The notes: a model not told the origin generated them from the sequence alone. A DNA stretch of 64,000 bases from Vitrella brassicaformis CCMP3155 (GCA_001179505.1 CDMY01000377.1:1-64000); one strand, 5' to 3'. Shown: positions 49,670 to 61,912, counted from the first letter of the stretch. A program made the numbers and translations.

Positions 49670-51480
49670 ATGGGGGAGCGTCAGTCATTTTCGTGGTTCG
49701 AGTACCAGCTGCTGACCTTGTCGCTGGCGGTGTTTATGTGTTTCTGCCTGGGCGTGCTCGAGTACGTGCTGCGGCGGTTCTCCATCCTGCCGCTGATGTT
49801 CACCATGCTCACCATACAGAGGAGGCGGATGTACTGCTTCGAAGTCGACATCTCTCTCACACAAGAGGGCAAACACATCAGGCACGTATCTTTTGGAGGG
49901 GGAGGGAAGTGCACAGCCATGTGACACACACGTGTGTGTGTGGGCTGGTGCGATTGATGCAGGCAGCAGTGCAAGATGATGCTGCGGATTACTTTGATAG
50001 TGGTGCTGAGCTACGTGTGGCAGGGGTGTGTCCTCGAGTCCGTCACCATCACCGGCGGCAGCTTCCCCACTGAGGAGTGCGAACAGGACAAAGGTCAGCT
50101 TACATACCCCCATTTGTGCATTGCGCTAGATATATGTGTGTGTGTGTGTGTGTGTATCTGTGTGTGCGTGCGTCGAGCAGACTGTTTTGCGGCCACTTTG
50201 TCGTTCGACACGCTGTTTCAGCAGAGCCACAAGTCCATCGACTGCGACAAACCTGAAGAGTACGACAGCGAGAAATACATCGTACGTCACCCAGCCATAC
50301 AAACCAACGCCACGGGGGAAGAACTGGTGTGTGTGTGTGTGTGTGCAGGTGGTGAATTGTTTGTCGTTTGTGAATCCGAATGCCGTGCTGTGGATGGAAA
50401 AGGCGGCCATCGCCTACTCGCTGGGCCTGCTGCTGCTCAGGGCTTTCGAAATACTTCTATGGGTCTGCAGGTACGTACCCTTACACCATCCACACACACA
50501 CACACACACACACCAGGGTGTCCACGCCCTGCTCTCTCTTTCTCTGTGTTGGCTGCGCTGCGTGCAGTCGTTCGTTGGCGTGGATGCGCATCGTGCTGTT
50601 TGTGCTTATCACCTACACCATCGCCCTTATCGTGCTCTTCTTCGCCGGCTATATGGCCACTTTCGTGTCCTCGTGGCTGGCCTACGTCATGATGTTCTCA
50701 TTCCCCGGAGTGCTCCTCTTCACACAGAGGGCCGCGCGGTGCCTCCGCGAGTTGAGACGGCAGCTCTATGCGCAGTACCAGCAAGAGGCCACCAAGTAAG
50801 TCAGAGCACCTACCTGACCTGCATGTGTGGAGAGATCGATGTGGCCGACGTTTTGTGTGGTTGGCGGGTTCAGGTCTTTGCAGTCTCAGTTTTCCCCCGA
50901 TGAGGAGATGATTCAGGCGCAGGACATCGACCAGGCCTTTTCGGTCAAATCCGTCACCCCCTCAGAGCCACAAGAAGCACCCATTGACGACGCGACGCTT
51001 TCCCTCCCTGCGGCATCGGCCGCCCGACACACAGTGTCTGGGTACGACACAGTCGCACTCAGTCGGACCTCCCCCGCCCCCCATCACTCGACCCACACGC
51101 ACAACCGAGTCCCTCCGCCACACGCAACGCACACACACATCGACGACGTCCTCGAGTCCCTCGCACTTGGTGGCGGCGATCCCGACCAGCGACCAATGAC
51201 AACCAGCATGACCGAGGCAGATGACCGACCCCACCCACAGCACGGTGGCGCCACATGGACGCCGGGCGGGAGGTGGTGGGGATGGGCCAGGAGTAGCCCC
51301 TTCCAGCAGCAGCATCACCGGCACAGCAGAGGGATCCCCATCCCTTCGCTGCTGGGGTTCTTCCCGACCCGGAGAAGGGCGGGTGAGGACGGTGCGGGTG
51401 AGGACGGTGCGGATGGTTTGGGTGAGCCGCGGTCGTCTGTCTCGGCCCCGCCGGCAGATATGGAGAGGGCTGCTGCATAG
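49670..51480 (+). CDS. Multi-pass membrane protein of unknown family with Cys-containing loop and disordered C-tail
   Basis: Five to six hydrophobic segments across consistently spliced exons (LLTLSLAVFMCFCLGVLEY; MLRITLIVVLSYVWQG; AAIAYSLGLLLLRAFEILLW; IVLFVLITYTIALIVLFFAGY...). Stop at 51480. Confidence 0.7.
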
Positions 51481-52031
51481 TGACAATTGGGGGGATATGG
51501 GGGGGATTCCTTTGGTGGGCAGATTCCGCTGTGTATAGGGGTGGGTGCTTTCAACGCCTTTCGGGACAGCTTGTGGCAATGCACTTTCTGTTTTCGTGTG
51601 GCCCCGTGGGTGGTGAACGCGCCGTATTTTTCCTTGTCGACTCAGTCAGCCGGCCAGTGTGCGACATGACATCACTTGTGTGTGAATCCTTCCACCCATC
51701 GGAAGATTGAGATCGAGGTCATTTATACGACATCCATGCAGCACAGCACGCACACACGCCCAGCCATCTCTATGAAGTCACGGCAGGTCATCAATCCCCA
51801 GCTGTCGAAAGACCATCTCATGCAGCCGGTCCTCCTCAAACCGAGGCAGCAGCGCCAGCCGCCTCCCATCAGCCTCACCGCCACCCATACTACCCATATC
51901 GCCGGAGTGCGCCTGGCCATGCCTATTTCTATGCCTCTTTTGCTGGTTGCTGCTGCCGCCACCAGCCACCGGGAAGGGGAGAGGGGTCAGAGAGGGCGGG
52001 GCGGGGGGAGGCCGGGGCAGCGCCGAACGCC

Positions 52032-52877
52032 TCAGTCCCGCAGTGATCCTCTCCACGCGCGCATCGTTTGTGCGGCGTGTTGGGCTTTCAGACGATCTGC
52101 AGACAGAGAGAAGGTGCAAATAGGCAATCTATCGGTGTGGTCCTTCAGACATACATACTTGTTGACGGTGATTTTGGCCCTGCATGACCTCCTGGCGCCC
52201 GAAGCTCTGCCGACGGGTTCTGGGTCGTCCGTGAGGAGCGGGGGCACTCGAGGGTCCCTCACCACCGCACGGCCAGTCGGAAAACGCTCAACATAATCCC
52301 TGCACACACGGACAGCCACACACATTACGATGAAGAGGAAGTCGTGTGTGTGTTTGTGTTACCCTCGCCCGCTGCGATCATTCCCCTGGCCCTCTATCTC
52401 CTCCAACTCCTGCAAACGGCACATCGCACACACAACACACACGACAGACACGACACACAAGGTCCAGATGGTCGTGTGCGGCGTCGGCCTGCCTGCCTGC
52501 CTGCTGACCTTCATGACTTGCTGCACTTGGGCGTTGAACTCCAGCAGGCTATTGAGGTTGTAATCCACACCCTCCTGCAGTGCGCCCATCTCCCCAATGG
52601 CAGCCTCATCACCCTCATAATTATTATCATCGTCAAGGAAGGCGCTCGTCGAGCCATCAGCCGCCGCATCTCTGTCCACCGGCTCATCCACACGCACAGG
52701 CGGCCGCGGAGGCAGCCTGTGCAGCCCCAGAGCCCGCTGCATGGCTACGAAGGTCCTGCCTACGCCTCTCGGTGCCTCTGCACTGGCGAAGGCGAGTCTG
52801 CAGGGACGCAAATGCGGCAGAGGCGGAATTGAGGCCGTATCTTCGTCAATGCACTGACCCGTTTCGACGGCTCGCAC
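52032..52877 (-). CDS. Hypothetical multi-exon protein with short coiled coil
   Basis: GC3-rich frame (DYNLNSLLEFNAQVQQVMK|RLQELEEIE) with AC/GT introns. Ends are uncertain. Confidence 0.35.
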
Positions 52878-53156
52878 CTTCTTGCGAGCTCAAAAAGAAG
52901 GACCTGACGAGGCAGTCTTCAAACAGTGCAGTTGTTATCGTTTGCCTCTGTTCGTTGCAGGTGGCCCGCTGATCTATGCTGACTATTCATCTCATCCTCA
53001 CCGTCACGAGCGTTCCCTCCCTGCAGGGCCGGTAGCTACTGCGGCGCCGTCAAGGATATGGACCACTCACTGTCCACATCGCCGCCTGAGCTCTGCCACT
53101 GCACCAACTGCCGCAAGGCGATGGTGACCAATGACATCTCGCTTTCACGGTGATTG

Positions 53157-54194
53157 ATGGCGTCTTCGGTGCCCGACGACCTGTGGCGAGGCCGGGTGGT
53201 GAGGTGCCTGCAGCTGCCTGATGTGATATCTCTCCGCAAAACCTCCCGCGCCATCGGCACGTCCATCATCACGGCCGCTCTGCTGGTGGAGCGCATCGAC
53301 GGCTCCCTCGCCCGCCACTCCCTCACCGGCCTCATCGACATCGACCGCACTGCCCCTCTCCCATTCAGCTATGTGCTGCGGGCGGCCTATGTGCTGGAGC
53401 AGGGCAGCGACGAGTGGCCTGGGATGGGGCGGTTCATCCGGCTGGCCGCCATCTATCGGCTGACCCCTGCCAATGGGCTGCCCCTGGTGCTATCGGCTCA
53501 GTGGCTGACAGCCAACCTGCCCAGCAGGACGGCATTCCACCAGCTGCCATTGGCGATGGCGATCTATCGGCTGTTCGGCCACCTGCTCACACACAACGGA
53601 CACAGCCTGGCGCTGCAGCAGGCCGACAATGGGAGCTATAGGATCAGCAATGAGTCGTTTCGTGTGGTGCCGTTGGGTGAGCTGTGGGGCGGCCATGGCT
53701 ATGCTGAGGGCTACAAGCGGGCCGACCCTATCATCCGACACGGCATATGGATCTTCCGCTCATTCTCGGCATTCCTGCTGGCCACGCTGCTCTGCTGGCG
53801 GTGCAATGGAGAGGGAGTGGGTCAGAAGTTGGTGCTCTCTGCACAGTTCGGCCATGGTGACCCTCGCTTTGGCCGTCTGCTGAGGACCGACGACATCAGT
53901 GAGGATTTGGGCATCGTCGCCGACTTTCGCTACGATGGGGGGGATCTGAACCATGCTGATGCGGAAGAGAGGCGTTTTGTGGTAGTCAGAGGCTTCCGCC
54001 AGGGCGAGACCGTCGCTGCCTTCCTCTGGATTGGGTATGGCAGCATCGTGCTGCGGACGACCGAGCCATCCGCTGCGGATGCACCTGCATCACTCGCCCA
54101 CCGCTTCCCAATTTCGGAGCCCCTGTGGCGCCGTCTGCTGCAGCGATTCGGTCTGGAAACCGACGTCATGGACAGGGGTATAGTGGTGGGGTGA
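53157..54194 (+). CDS. Family A protein, intact, 345 aa, intronless CDS, F-box-like N-terminus
   Basis: Open ORF MASSVPDDLWRGRVVRCLQLPDVISLRKTSR...ETDVMDRGIVVG*. Confidence 0.85.
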   Translation: MASSVPDDLWRGRVVRCLQLPDVISLRKTSRAIGTSIITAALLVERIDGSLARHSLTGLIDIDRTAPLPFSYVLRAAYVLEQGSDEWPGMGRFIRLAAIYRLTPANGLPLVLSAQWLTANLPSRTAFHQLPLAMAIYRLFGHLLTHNGHSLALQQADNGSYRISNESFRVVPLGELWGGHGYAEGYKRADPIIRHGIWIFRSFSAFLLATLLCWRCNGEGVGQKLVLSAQFGHGDPRFGRLLRTDDISEDLGIVADFRYDGGDLNHADAEERRFVVVRGFRQGETVAAFLWIGYGSIVLRTTEPSAADAPASLAHRFPISEPLWRRLLQRFGLETDVMDRGIVVG

Positions 54195-54450
54195 GTGTGG
54201 TGCTGGCTGGCGATTTGTGTTGCTGTATGCTGGCCGGGCAGTGTGGGAGTGGTGGAGGGGGGCTGACGTGACTGAGAATGAATGAGTGAAGGTCACGATT
54301 ACTTTTATGTCAGACTCAATGGCTGCATATGGCATCGCTTTTTTCAATGACTGAATGGCTTGACCAAAGTCGCTTCGTTTCCCCAGGCATACAAACATGA
54401 GCCTCCACAAAACAAACACACAGACACGTGTTGCTACATGTGATTATCAG
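54195..54450 (+). repeat. Conserved family A 3' flank
   Basis: Aligns with 9315-9590 up to ...tacatgtgattatcagaag and with 4905-5340. Confidence 0.8.
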
Positions 54451-55076
54451 AAGAGAGACGGGAGTGAAGGAGAACGTGAAGGAGAAAGGCGGCCAGCACG
54501 CGGTATACCCATGGGGGCGTTGCTGGCCTTGACAAGGGAAAGACGGACAAGTGAGGGTGTTGGCGAGAAATCCCGCTTGACACGGGACGATTTCGTCACC
54601 TGACTGCCATGGCCAGGCGCGTTTTTCTTTTGTGTGGGTTTTGGTCGGGTGCTTTGCAAAGAACGAACTGTTCTGTTGGTGACGGCCTGGACTGACAGCC
54701 ACGCGCGCGAAGATGTGCAGTGGAGTAGAGTGGGTGTGTCTGGATGTGCGTCTGATGTGCATCTGACTGATACCTGGACCCATGAGCAGAGCCATGTCTT
54801 TCAGTTATTTCGTCCATCAGACACGGTCTTGATTGTGCACGATGTCATCCCTGTACTAATGCACCACGCCATGCATCATCACACAGACAAACATGTCCAG
54901 CAGTCAGGCAGGCAATGTTCAAAAGGCACAAAACGGAACCGGTATGTACAAGCGGTCACACATGGTAACCTCACCACCCAGGCAGACGGGCAGAGAGAAA
55001 AACCCCGTGGCAATCAATGCGTTAAATCGACGTTCGACGAGCTGTAAGCTATCTGTCTGTTCTGCTATCCATCTGT

Positions 55077-58000
55077 TCACAGCTCGATCTCCTCCGCCCA
55101 CATCTTGCCCCCGAGGTGCTCCCCCAAATTATCCATCACGACACGGCGCGTCTTGTCGTAGGGGGCCGCCTCGGTCGTGCAGATGTCAACATCGCGTCGA
55201 CTCCCCCAATCCTCCACCCGAATCACCGCCATGTGCCCCTCGCCCATCACCTCACTCCCCACCACCACCAGCCGATCATGGCGCACCGCCGCCCCGTCAG
55301 GCCGCTCCTTGTCGAAGACGGCCACGCCCCGTGGCCACCCCCCGACCTGTGCAACATCGCTGGCAGAGATCGCCAGCAGCTGACACACATGCTGAAATGC
55401 AGCAAAGGAAGGGCGGCAAGACCTCCAGGATTTGATCCAACGGATGTGCTCGCCGTAACGAAGCCAGTAGAACAGCTCGAAGGCCACCATACAGGCGTAG
55501 GTGGGATACGTCACGAAGGCCTCCATCTGTGTGGGCGGGCTGGCGGGGTCGAATGCATTGGGGAAGAGGGGGCTTGGGGAGGCCAGGAGGGTCGGCCTGG
55601 AACGGCCAGTGGGGGGGCAAAGAATGCCGTCGTGGTCCATCAGCAGTCTCTGTCGGCCTAGATCATCAGCGACAGTGATCCCCCGGCTGAGGATCTTCCA
55701 CTGGCGGACCGCCTCGGTCCGGCCGACGAAGGCCGCCCGGCTGCCGAACGCGTCGAAATGCTCATCGCCCAACACCACTGGCCTCCTTCCCCTCAGGATG
55801 TAGAGCATCTCCAAGTGAGGTCGCCATCTCCGCCAGTTGCCGCCCCTCTCGAGCATGAACAGCCGACGGGTGAGCTGTTGGATGAGGTAGGCGATGCAGC
55901 AGCCGTGGCTGAGTGCGGCAGGGAGCGGCAGCTGGGGGATGATGCACACCAGAAATGAGCCGAATCCAAGAGTCGGCAGCAGCACGCCCAATACACGCAG
56001 AAGGAGGGGCAGGAGTATGGGGGCGATGTCGTTGCGAAGGGCCTTATCAAAGCGGCTGAGGGCGATCATTCCAGCGTAGCTGCTGCTGCTGAGGCACTGG
56101 GCGATGGTCGGCATCACTTCACGGGGCACGGCAGAGAAGGGCACGCCCTCTTGCCTATCGCCTGTTATGACCGCTACATCACAAACAATGTCATTCAGCA
56201 CGTGTATGTGCCTTTGTGATTGTGTCCTTCTGCACTGGAGCTGTTGGTTACCATCGGCAGCAGACGCGGCAGACGAGGATGGCTCGCTACTAGACGCGCC
56301 AGCTCCATCAGCAGCAGCAGCCGACATCTGCGGACCCGCAACAGACCTAACACGGACACTCCGCGACTGCTCGAGCTGGTCACTGCACACGAGAGGGAGA
56401 AAGGGGGAGACAGAGTGGAGGTGTGGTGTGTTGGCTGTGGGTGTCGGGGGTGTGGTATGACCTCTCCGACAACTGATGGGGATAGTACTCGCTCTCGGAA
56501 CGCATCTGACCAGCCATGCCACACCCCACACACATGCACCCATCCATCGTCTGCCTTTCCCCTCTCCCCCCCGCCCCCGCGTGCCACTGACACTGACCTG
56601 GCCCTCCTCGTAATCCTCGTCCTCGTAAAGGGGCGGGGGCGGCTGGGTGGGCCGCTCCGGCAACAACACACCCACACCCGAGCTAACGCTACCCTTTCCC
56701 CCACCCTCTCCGTCCCCCTCCTCCTCTATGCCCTCCTCTCCCTCACCCACACCCACATCGGGCTTGGCCCCCTTCTCGCCCCGCATAAAATTGCCCATGT
56801 GCTCCCGCAGCTCAGGTGAGATGCCCGCCGAGCGCGTCTTGCCCTTCTGGTGCTGTTTCTTCTTGATCCGAATGTCGCGCGTGGCCTCGCCCTTGAGGAC
56901 CGCCTGTGTGCTGCTGTCCTGGTTGATCTGGAGGGCGTTTATCTCCTGCCGGATGGTGCTGTGGGCGCGGGGGATGCGCGCGAAGCCGCCCTGGGGCGGC
57001 TTGCTGGGGCCGCCCGTGGTGGTGGTGCCGCCCCCGTTCTGCTGCTGCTGCTGTTGGTGGGCGACAAGGTTGCTGAGGGGCGTGACGAGGCCGCCGTTGG
57101 TCATGTTGGTGTCGTCCTGCTCGCCGCCCTCCTCAGGAATGATGGCGCCGACGTTTGGCGTCGGGTAGAATGTCGCGCCCCGGCTGTCATAGGGGGCCTG
57201 GAGGTCGGGCTCGGAACTGTTGGTGTAGATGACCCCCGCGGCCGGCAGCACGTGGTGCTGGTCCCTGACCATCACCGGCGGGCGCTGGGGGTACGGAGCG
57301 GGCGGCAGGTAGCTCCGGTCCGGCAGAATCCCACCATCCATACCCATCCCGCCATCTACTCCCCTGCCCATGTTGCCCGGCATCGCTATCCCTCCGCCCC
57401 CTTGTTTCTTCTGCAGTTGCTGCGGCATCATGGCCGGGAGCGTCCCACGGCCGGTCACCTGCTGGTGCTGATGCATGAGCTGCTGGTACTGGTGCTGCGG
57501 TGGCCGCACCTGATGGCCGCCTCCGCCCCCTCCCCCAACCCACGGCGGCATGAAGGGCACTGGGGTGGTCTCGCCCTGCCCCTGTGTGCCCGGCCCGCTG
57601 CCGAACCCGAGGCCCCTCTTCATGGCCAGCCACGGCGGCTGGAAGAACCCCCTTTGCTGCTGCTGCTGCTGCTGTTGGGGGTGGAAGGGCTTCTGCTTGG
57701 GTCTGAAGTCGTAGGATGCGTGTGCCTCCGGGAGGTTTGCGGGCCCCTGTGGGGTGGCTGCGGTGTTGGTGTACTGGATGATGTTGGGCGGGAGCGTCGA
57801 GTGGGAGCCTGTGGCGGTAAGCTGCGGCCGGGGCGGCGGGCCGGTCCTGGTGGGCTGTGGCGTGCGAGAGGGAGCGGGCATCGTGAGGTTCTGAGCAGAG
57901 CGCGGCGCCATGCCCGACAGATCTTGCGACTGAGAATACGCACCACCTGCACAGACCAACACAACACCGCAACACACAGGGAAAGAAAGATGTACTCCCG

Positions 58001-58350
58001 TGTTGCGCAAAGCGCCGCGCCTTCCTTTCGTGCGTACGGTATGGCTGCAAGTGGGCAGCAGCAGGGCGACCAGCGACGAACCCAGGGGACAGGTTCGCAC
58101 CAGGGCGTCCATAACCTGACCACCCACAACGCAAAACGACGAATGCATCATCAGGTCTGGCGGTTTTCTCGCTTCCTCTCCCCCCTCCCCGTCGCGTGCG
58201 CTCACCACTAGTCGGCGACAGCTGAGGCCTCACCCTAGGGTGCACAGGAGGCGGCTTCTGCGCCGATCCCTCACCAGCACTGCCCGCCATCACGTTAGGT
58301 GTCACCAGCACAGGGCGGGGGGCGAGTGGACGCTGCGGGGGCTGCGACAT
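55077..58350 (-). CDS. Q/P/G-rich N-terminal region joined to an intact family B module (F-box-like VPREVMPTIAQCL)
   Basis: Exon 1 ATG at 58350; intron 57947-58205 splices in frame (PTSG|GAYSQ). Probable intron at about 56376-56597. B motifs: LERGGNWRRWRPHLEMLYILRG, EAVRQWKILSRG, CTTEAAPYDKTR. Could be two genes. Confidence 0.65.
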
Positions 58351-58445
58351 GGCTCACGTCGGTAACAGATAAGAACAGAGGCTTAATCTATGGCGGGAAT
58401 TCCAAAGTCCCTAACAACCCGGAATTCCCTTTACGCCGTCGTAAA

Positions 58446-59526
58446 CTCTCGAAGAAACGGTTTTACAAGCCTTCGAGGGGGGCGGCAACTGGGCCAGATG
58501 GAAGCCTCACCTGGAGATGCTGTACTTGCTGAGGGGCAATAGGCCTGTGGTGCTGGGTGACGACAACTTCGGCGTGTTTGGCAGCCGGCGGCCTTCATCG
58601 GCGAGGCAGAGGCGGTGCGGCAGTGGAAGATACTCAGCTGGGGGGTCATTGTCAGTTTTCGAAACCAGCTACAGCTGATGAACGGCAACACCATCCTTCG
58701 CTTTCACATTTGCCCTTACACCCCCACCCTCTTTGCCAGCCCCGTCTTCCCTCACGTACCATTCGACCCCACCAACCCGCCCACTAAGCTGAGCGGCTTG
58801 ACGTACCCCAACTACACATCAATGGTGGCATTCGTCTTGTTCGGCTGGCTCTATTACGACAGCGACTTCCCTTGCATCAGGTCCTGGGTGTCTTGGCGTC
58901 GTGCCTCTGCTGCACGCCGGCGTGTCGTTGCAGTGCTGGCGGCCTCTCCCAGCGATGAGGCACAGTGGGGGGCGGGGGCGGCCGTGTTCGACAAGCGGCT
59001 CCCGGACGTGNNNNNNNNNNNNNNNNNNNNNNNNNNNNNNNNNNNNNNNNNNNNNNNNNNNNNNNNNNNNNNNNNNNNNNNNNNNNNNNNNNNNNNNNNN
59101 NNNNNNNNNNNNNNNNNNNNNNNNNNNNNNNNNNNNNNNNNNNNNNNNNNNNNNNNNNNNNNNNNNNNNNNNNNNNNNNNNNNNNNNNNNNNNNNNNNNN
59201 NNNNNNNNNNNNNNNNNNNNNNNNNNNNNNNNNNNNNNNNNNNNNNNNNNNNNNNNNNNNNNNNNNNNNNNNNNNNNNNNNNNNNNNNNNNNNNNNNNNN
59301 NNNNNNNNNNAGTGAGGCGGTGGGAAAGGGACGCCTGGCACTTATTTGGCTGAGCGATCACAAATTTCCCTCTGATGTGTCCGTCTACACGACCGAGTGG
59401 TTCCCCCACGACAAGACGCGCAATGCCGTGATGAGAATGCTTGGGGATCAGCTGGGGGGAAAGATGTGGCGGAAGGAGGATGAGGTGAACGAGGACAGGC
59501 AAGTCACGGCCTGCACTGTGATGTGA
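58446..59526 (+). pseudogene. Family B copy, 5'-truncated, 1-bp deletion near 58588, spans an N gap
   Basis: FEGGGNWARWKPHLEMLYLLRGNRPVVLGDD, then a frame change to EAVRQWKILSWG...YTTEWFPHDKTRNAVMRMLGDQLGGKMW. Confidence 0.75.
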
Positions 59527-60598
59527 TCGGGGCTTTGCCGATATGTCGATTTTCCCATGACAGAGGGATGGTTGGCGGTCAATAGGAGCGGAGACAGACA
59601 GACAGACAGACAGACAGGCAGCGGGCTTTTCGTCGCTGCCCGTCTGCTTGCATGGTGCCTCTGTATGCGTTCCCCCGGCTGCATGCTGCGCATGTCTCTC
59701 TGGTGAGGCATGGCGTGGCGTATGTCTGTGTTGATGGAACACGTGAATGAATGCGCCCCTTCGCCAGCTGCTGCCCCTGCCCAGTCGCTGAGGCGCACGC
59801 ATGGCGAGATCTCGCCGCAGGAAGAAGTGTGAGACTTGATCTGTTCCATGCACATATGTGATTAGATCAGCCTTCTGTGTTGTTGCACACGTGGGCAGTG
59901 AGTGAGTGAGGTTGGCTGGCCAGTTGGTTGTCTGCGAGGGGGCGGGTGCCTTGTCATGTGGCCGGATGGATGGATGGATGAATGTGTGGACACGACAATC
60001 GCATGGATGGATGGATGGATGGACACCTGTGGACAGAGGGTGGTGTGGTGGTGTCATCCATCGGTCGACTGAAGCTCTGCGTGTCTTGCGATGAGAAAGC
60101 TGTGATTCAATCCAAGAAGCTGGCAGTCTGGTCAAAGAAGCTGGCACCTGTGTTCAGCTGGCAAACGGCAGGTTTCTGGGTGGGAGAGGCACTGAGATGG
60201 TCAAGCAACATGTGCTGAGGAAGAATCGGTCCTTTGCAATGGAAAAGCTAAGAGTGGATTCGCTGCCTTTGTGCGGATCAGGGATATGCAATGTGTACAG
60301 CCGCTGGACTCGGATAACTTGAAGGCGTGTGCAAGTGTGGGCGTGTTCAGTGTGACTCATGAGCTGGTTGCAGAGATGCACGCATTTCATTCTCGCCCAT
60401 GGACGAGCAGATACGAGCAGTCTTACTTTCCCATCCTACTTCTGTCTCTATGCGATCGCCACGCCACACACAACCAGCCCTCATTCTCGATAAAAGAAGG
60501 TACGCAAAAACATCACTCCCGGAAATGAGTAGACAACCATTCACTCACGCGCCAGTCACGAACATAACACATTTGGCCTATCTGGCCATCTGCCTTGC

Positions 60599-61840
60599 CT
60601 ACATGATAACGCATCCATACTCGCTCTCCTCCCGCCACACCTTGTCCCCCAGCTGCCGCCCTAGTACTCTCATCACGGCATTGCGCGTGCGGTCGTGGGG
60701 GGCAGACTCCGTCGTGTACACATTGACACGACGTTCATCTCCCCAATCCGCCAGCTGAATCCCAGCCGTGTGCCCCTCACCGACCGCCTCACTGCCCAAC
60801 ACCACCAGCCGCAAATGCCATCGATCCTTATACTTTTTGTCGAACACGGCCATACCCTTCCCCCACTGTGCCGCATCGCTGGGAGGGGCCGCCAGCAATT
60901 GATACACTCGCCGGAATGCAGCAGAAGCAGGACACCGAGACGACCAGTCTCTGGAGAAGGTGAGGTAGCCGCCGTCACTAAGCCAATTAAAGACGCTGAA
61001 CGCCACCATAGAAGCGTAAGTGCGGTAGACCCAGCGCACACACAGACCGTCCAGCTGTGTGGGCGGGTCGGCATGGTTCAGCTGTGTGGGCGGGTCGGCA
61101 GGGTTGAATGTGTCGTGAGGGAAGAGGGGGCTGGGTGCGTCGAGGAGGGTGGGGGGGCGCCAGCGATGAAGGCCATAGCCCCAGCCATAGCCCCAGCCAT
61201 GAAGCCATTGCTGGCCTCTACGGTGGAGAGTCAGCCCCCGGCTGAGTATCTTCCATTGGCGGACCGCCTCGGTCTCGCCGATGAAGCCCCGGCCCGTCTG
61301 GCTGCCGAACACCTCGAAATGCTCATCGCCCAGCACCACTGGCCACTTGCCGCATATGTGATAGAGCAGCTCCAAATGAGGCCGCCACCTCGAGAAATCG
61401 CGGCCATACTCCAGCATCATTAGCCGTCGTGTGATGGCCACAACAACGGCCGCGTCCTGGCTCAGCTGAGGGNNNNNNNNNNNNNNNNNNNNNNNNNNNN
61501 NNNNNNNNNNNNNNNNNNNNNNNNNNNNNNNNNNNNNNNNNNNNNNNNNNNNNNNNNNNNNNNNNNNNNNNNNNNNNNNNNNNNNNNNNNNNNNNNNNNN
61601 NNNNNNNNNNNNNNNNNNNNNNNNNNNNNNNNNNNNNNNNNNNNNNNNNNNNNNNNNNNNNNNNNNNNNNNNNNNNNNNNNNNNNNNNNNNNNNNNNNNN
61701 NNNNNNNNNNNNNNNNNNNNNNNNNNNNNNNNNNNNNNNNNNNNNNNNNNNNNNNNNNNNNNNNNNNNNNNNGGCATCACCAATGTATGCATGCTGGCGC
61801 TTTCGTCGCTCGGCTCACCGTGAATAAGGCCTTCAGCCAT
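60599..61840 (-). CDS. Family B protein (middle part in N gap)
   Basis: MAEGLIHGEPSDES..., frame preserved across the 300-N gap, ...RWRPHLELLY...WHLRLVVLGSEAVGEG...YGCVIM*. Confidence 0.75.
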   Translation of the reverse strand: MAEGLIHGEPSDESASMHTLVMXXXXXXXXXXXXXXXXXXXXXXXXXXXXXXXXXXXXXXXXXXXXXXXXXXXXXXXXXXXXXXXXXXXXXXXXXXXXXXXXXXXXXXXXXXXXXXXXXXXXXPQLSQDAAVVVAITRRLMMLEYGRDFSRWRPHLELLYHICGKWPVVLGDEHFEVFGSQTGRGFIGETEAVRQWKILSRGLTLHRRGQQWLHGWGYGWGYGLHRWRPPTLLDAPSPLFPHDTFNPADPPTQLNHADPPTQLDGLCVRWVYRTYASMVAFSVFNWLSDGGYLTFSRDWSSRCPASAAFRRVYQLLAAPPSDAAQWGKGMAVFDKKYKDRWHLRLVVLGSEAVGEGHTAGIQLADWGDERRVNVYTTESAPHDRTRNAVMRVLGRQLGDKVWREESEYGCVIM

Positions 61841-61912
61841 CGCCACGGGTTTAACATGCCGACGTCTTGATCGGGTCAGAACCGCCTGTGAGTCGCAGTT
61901 CTGCCACACACG

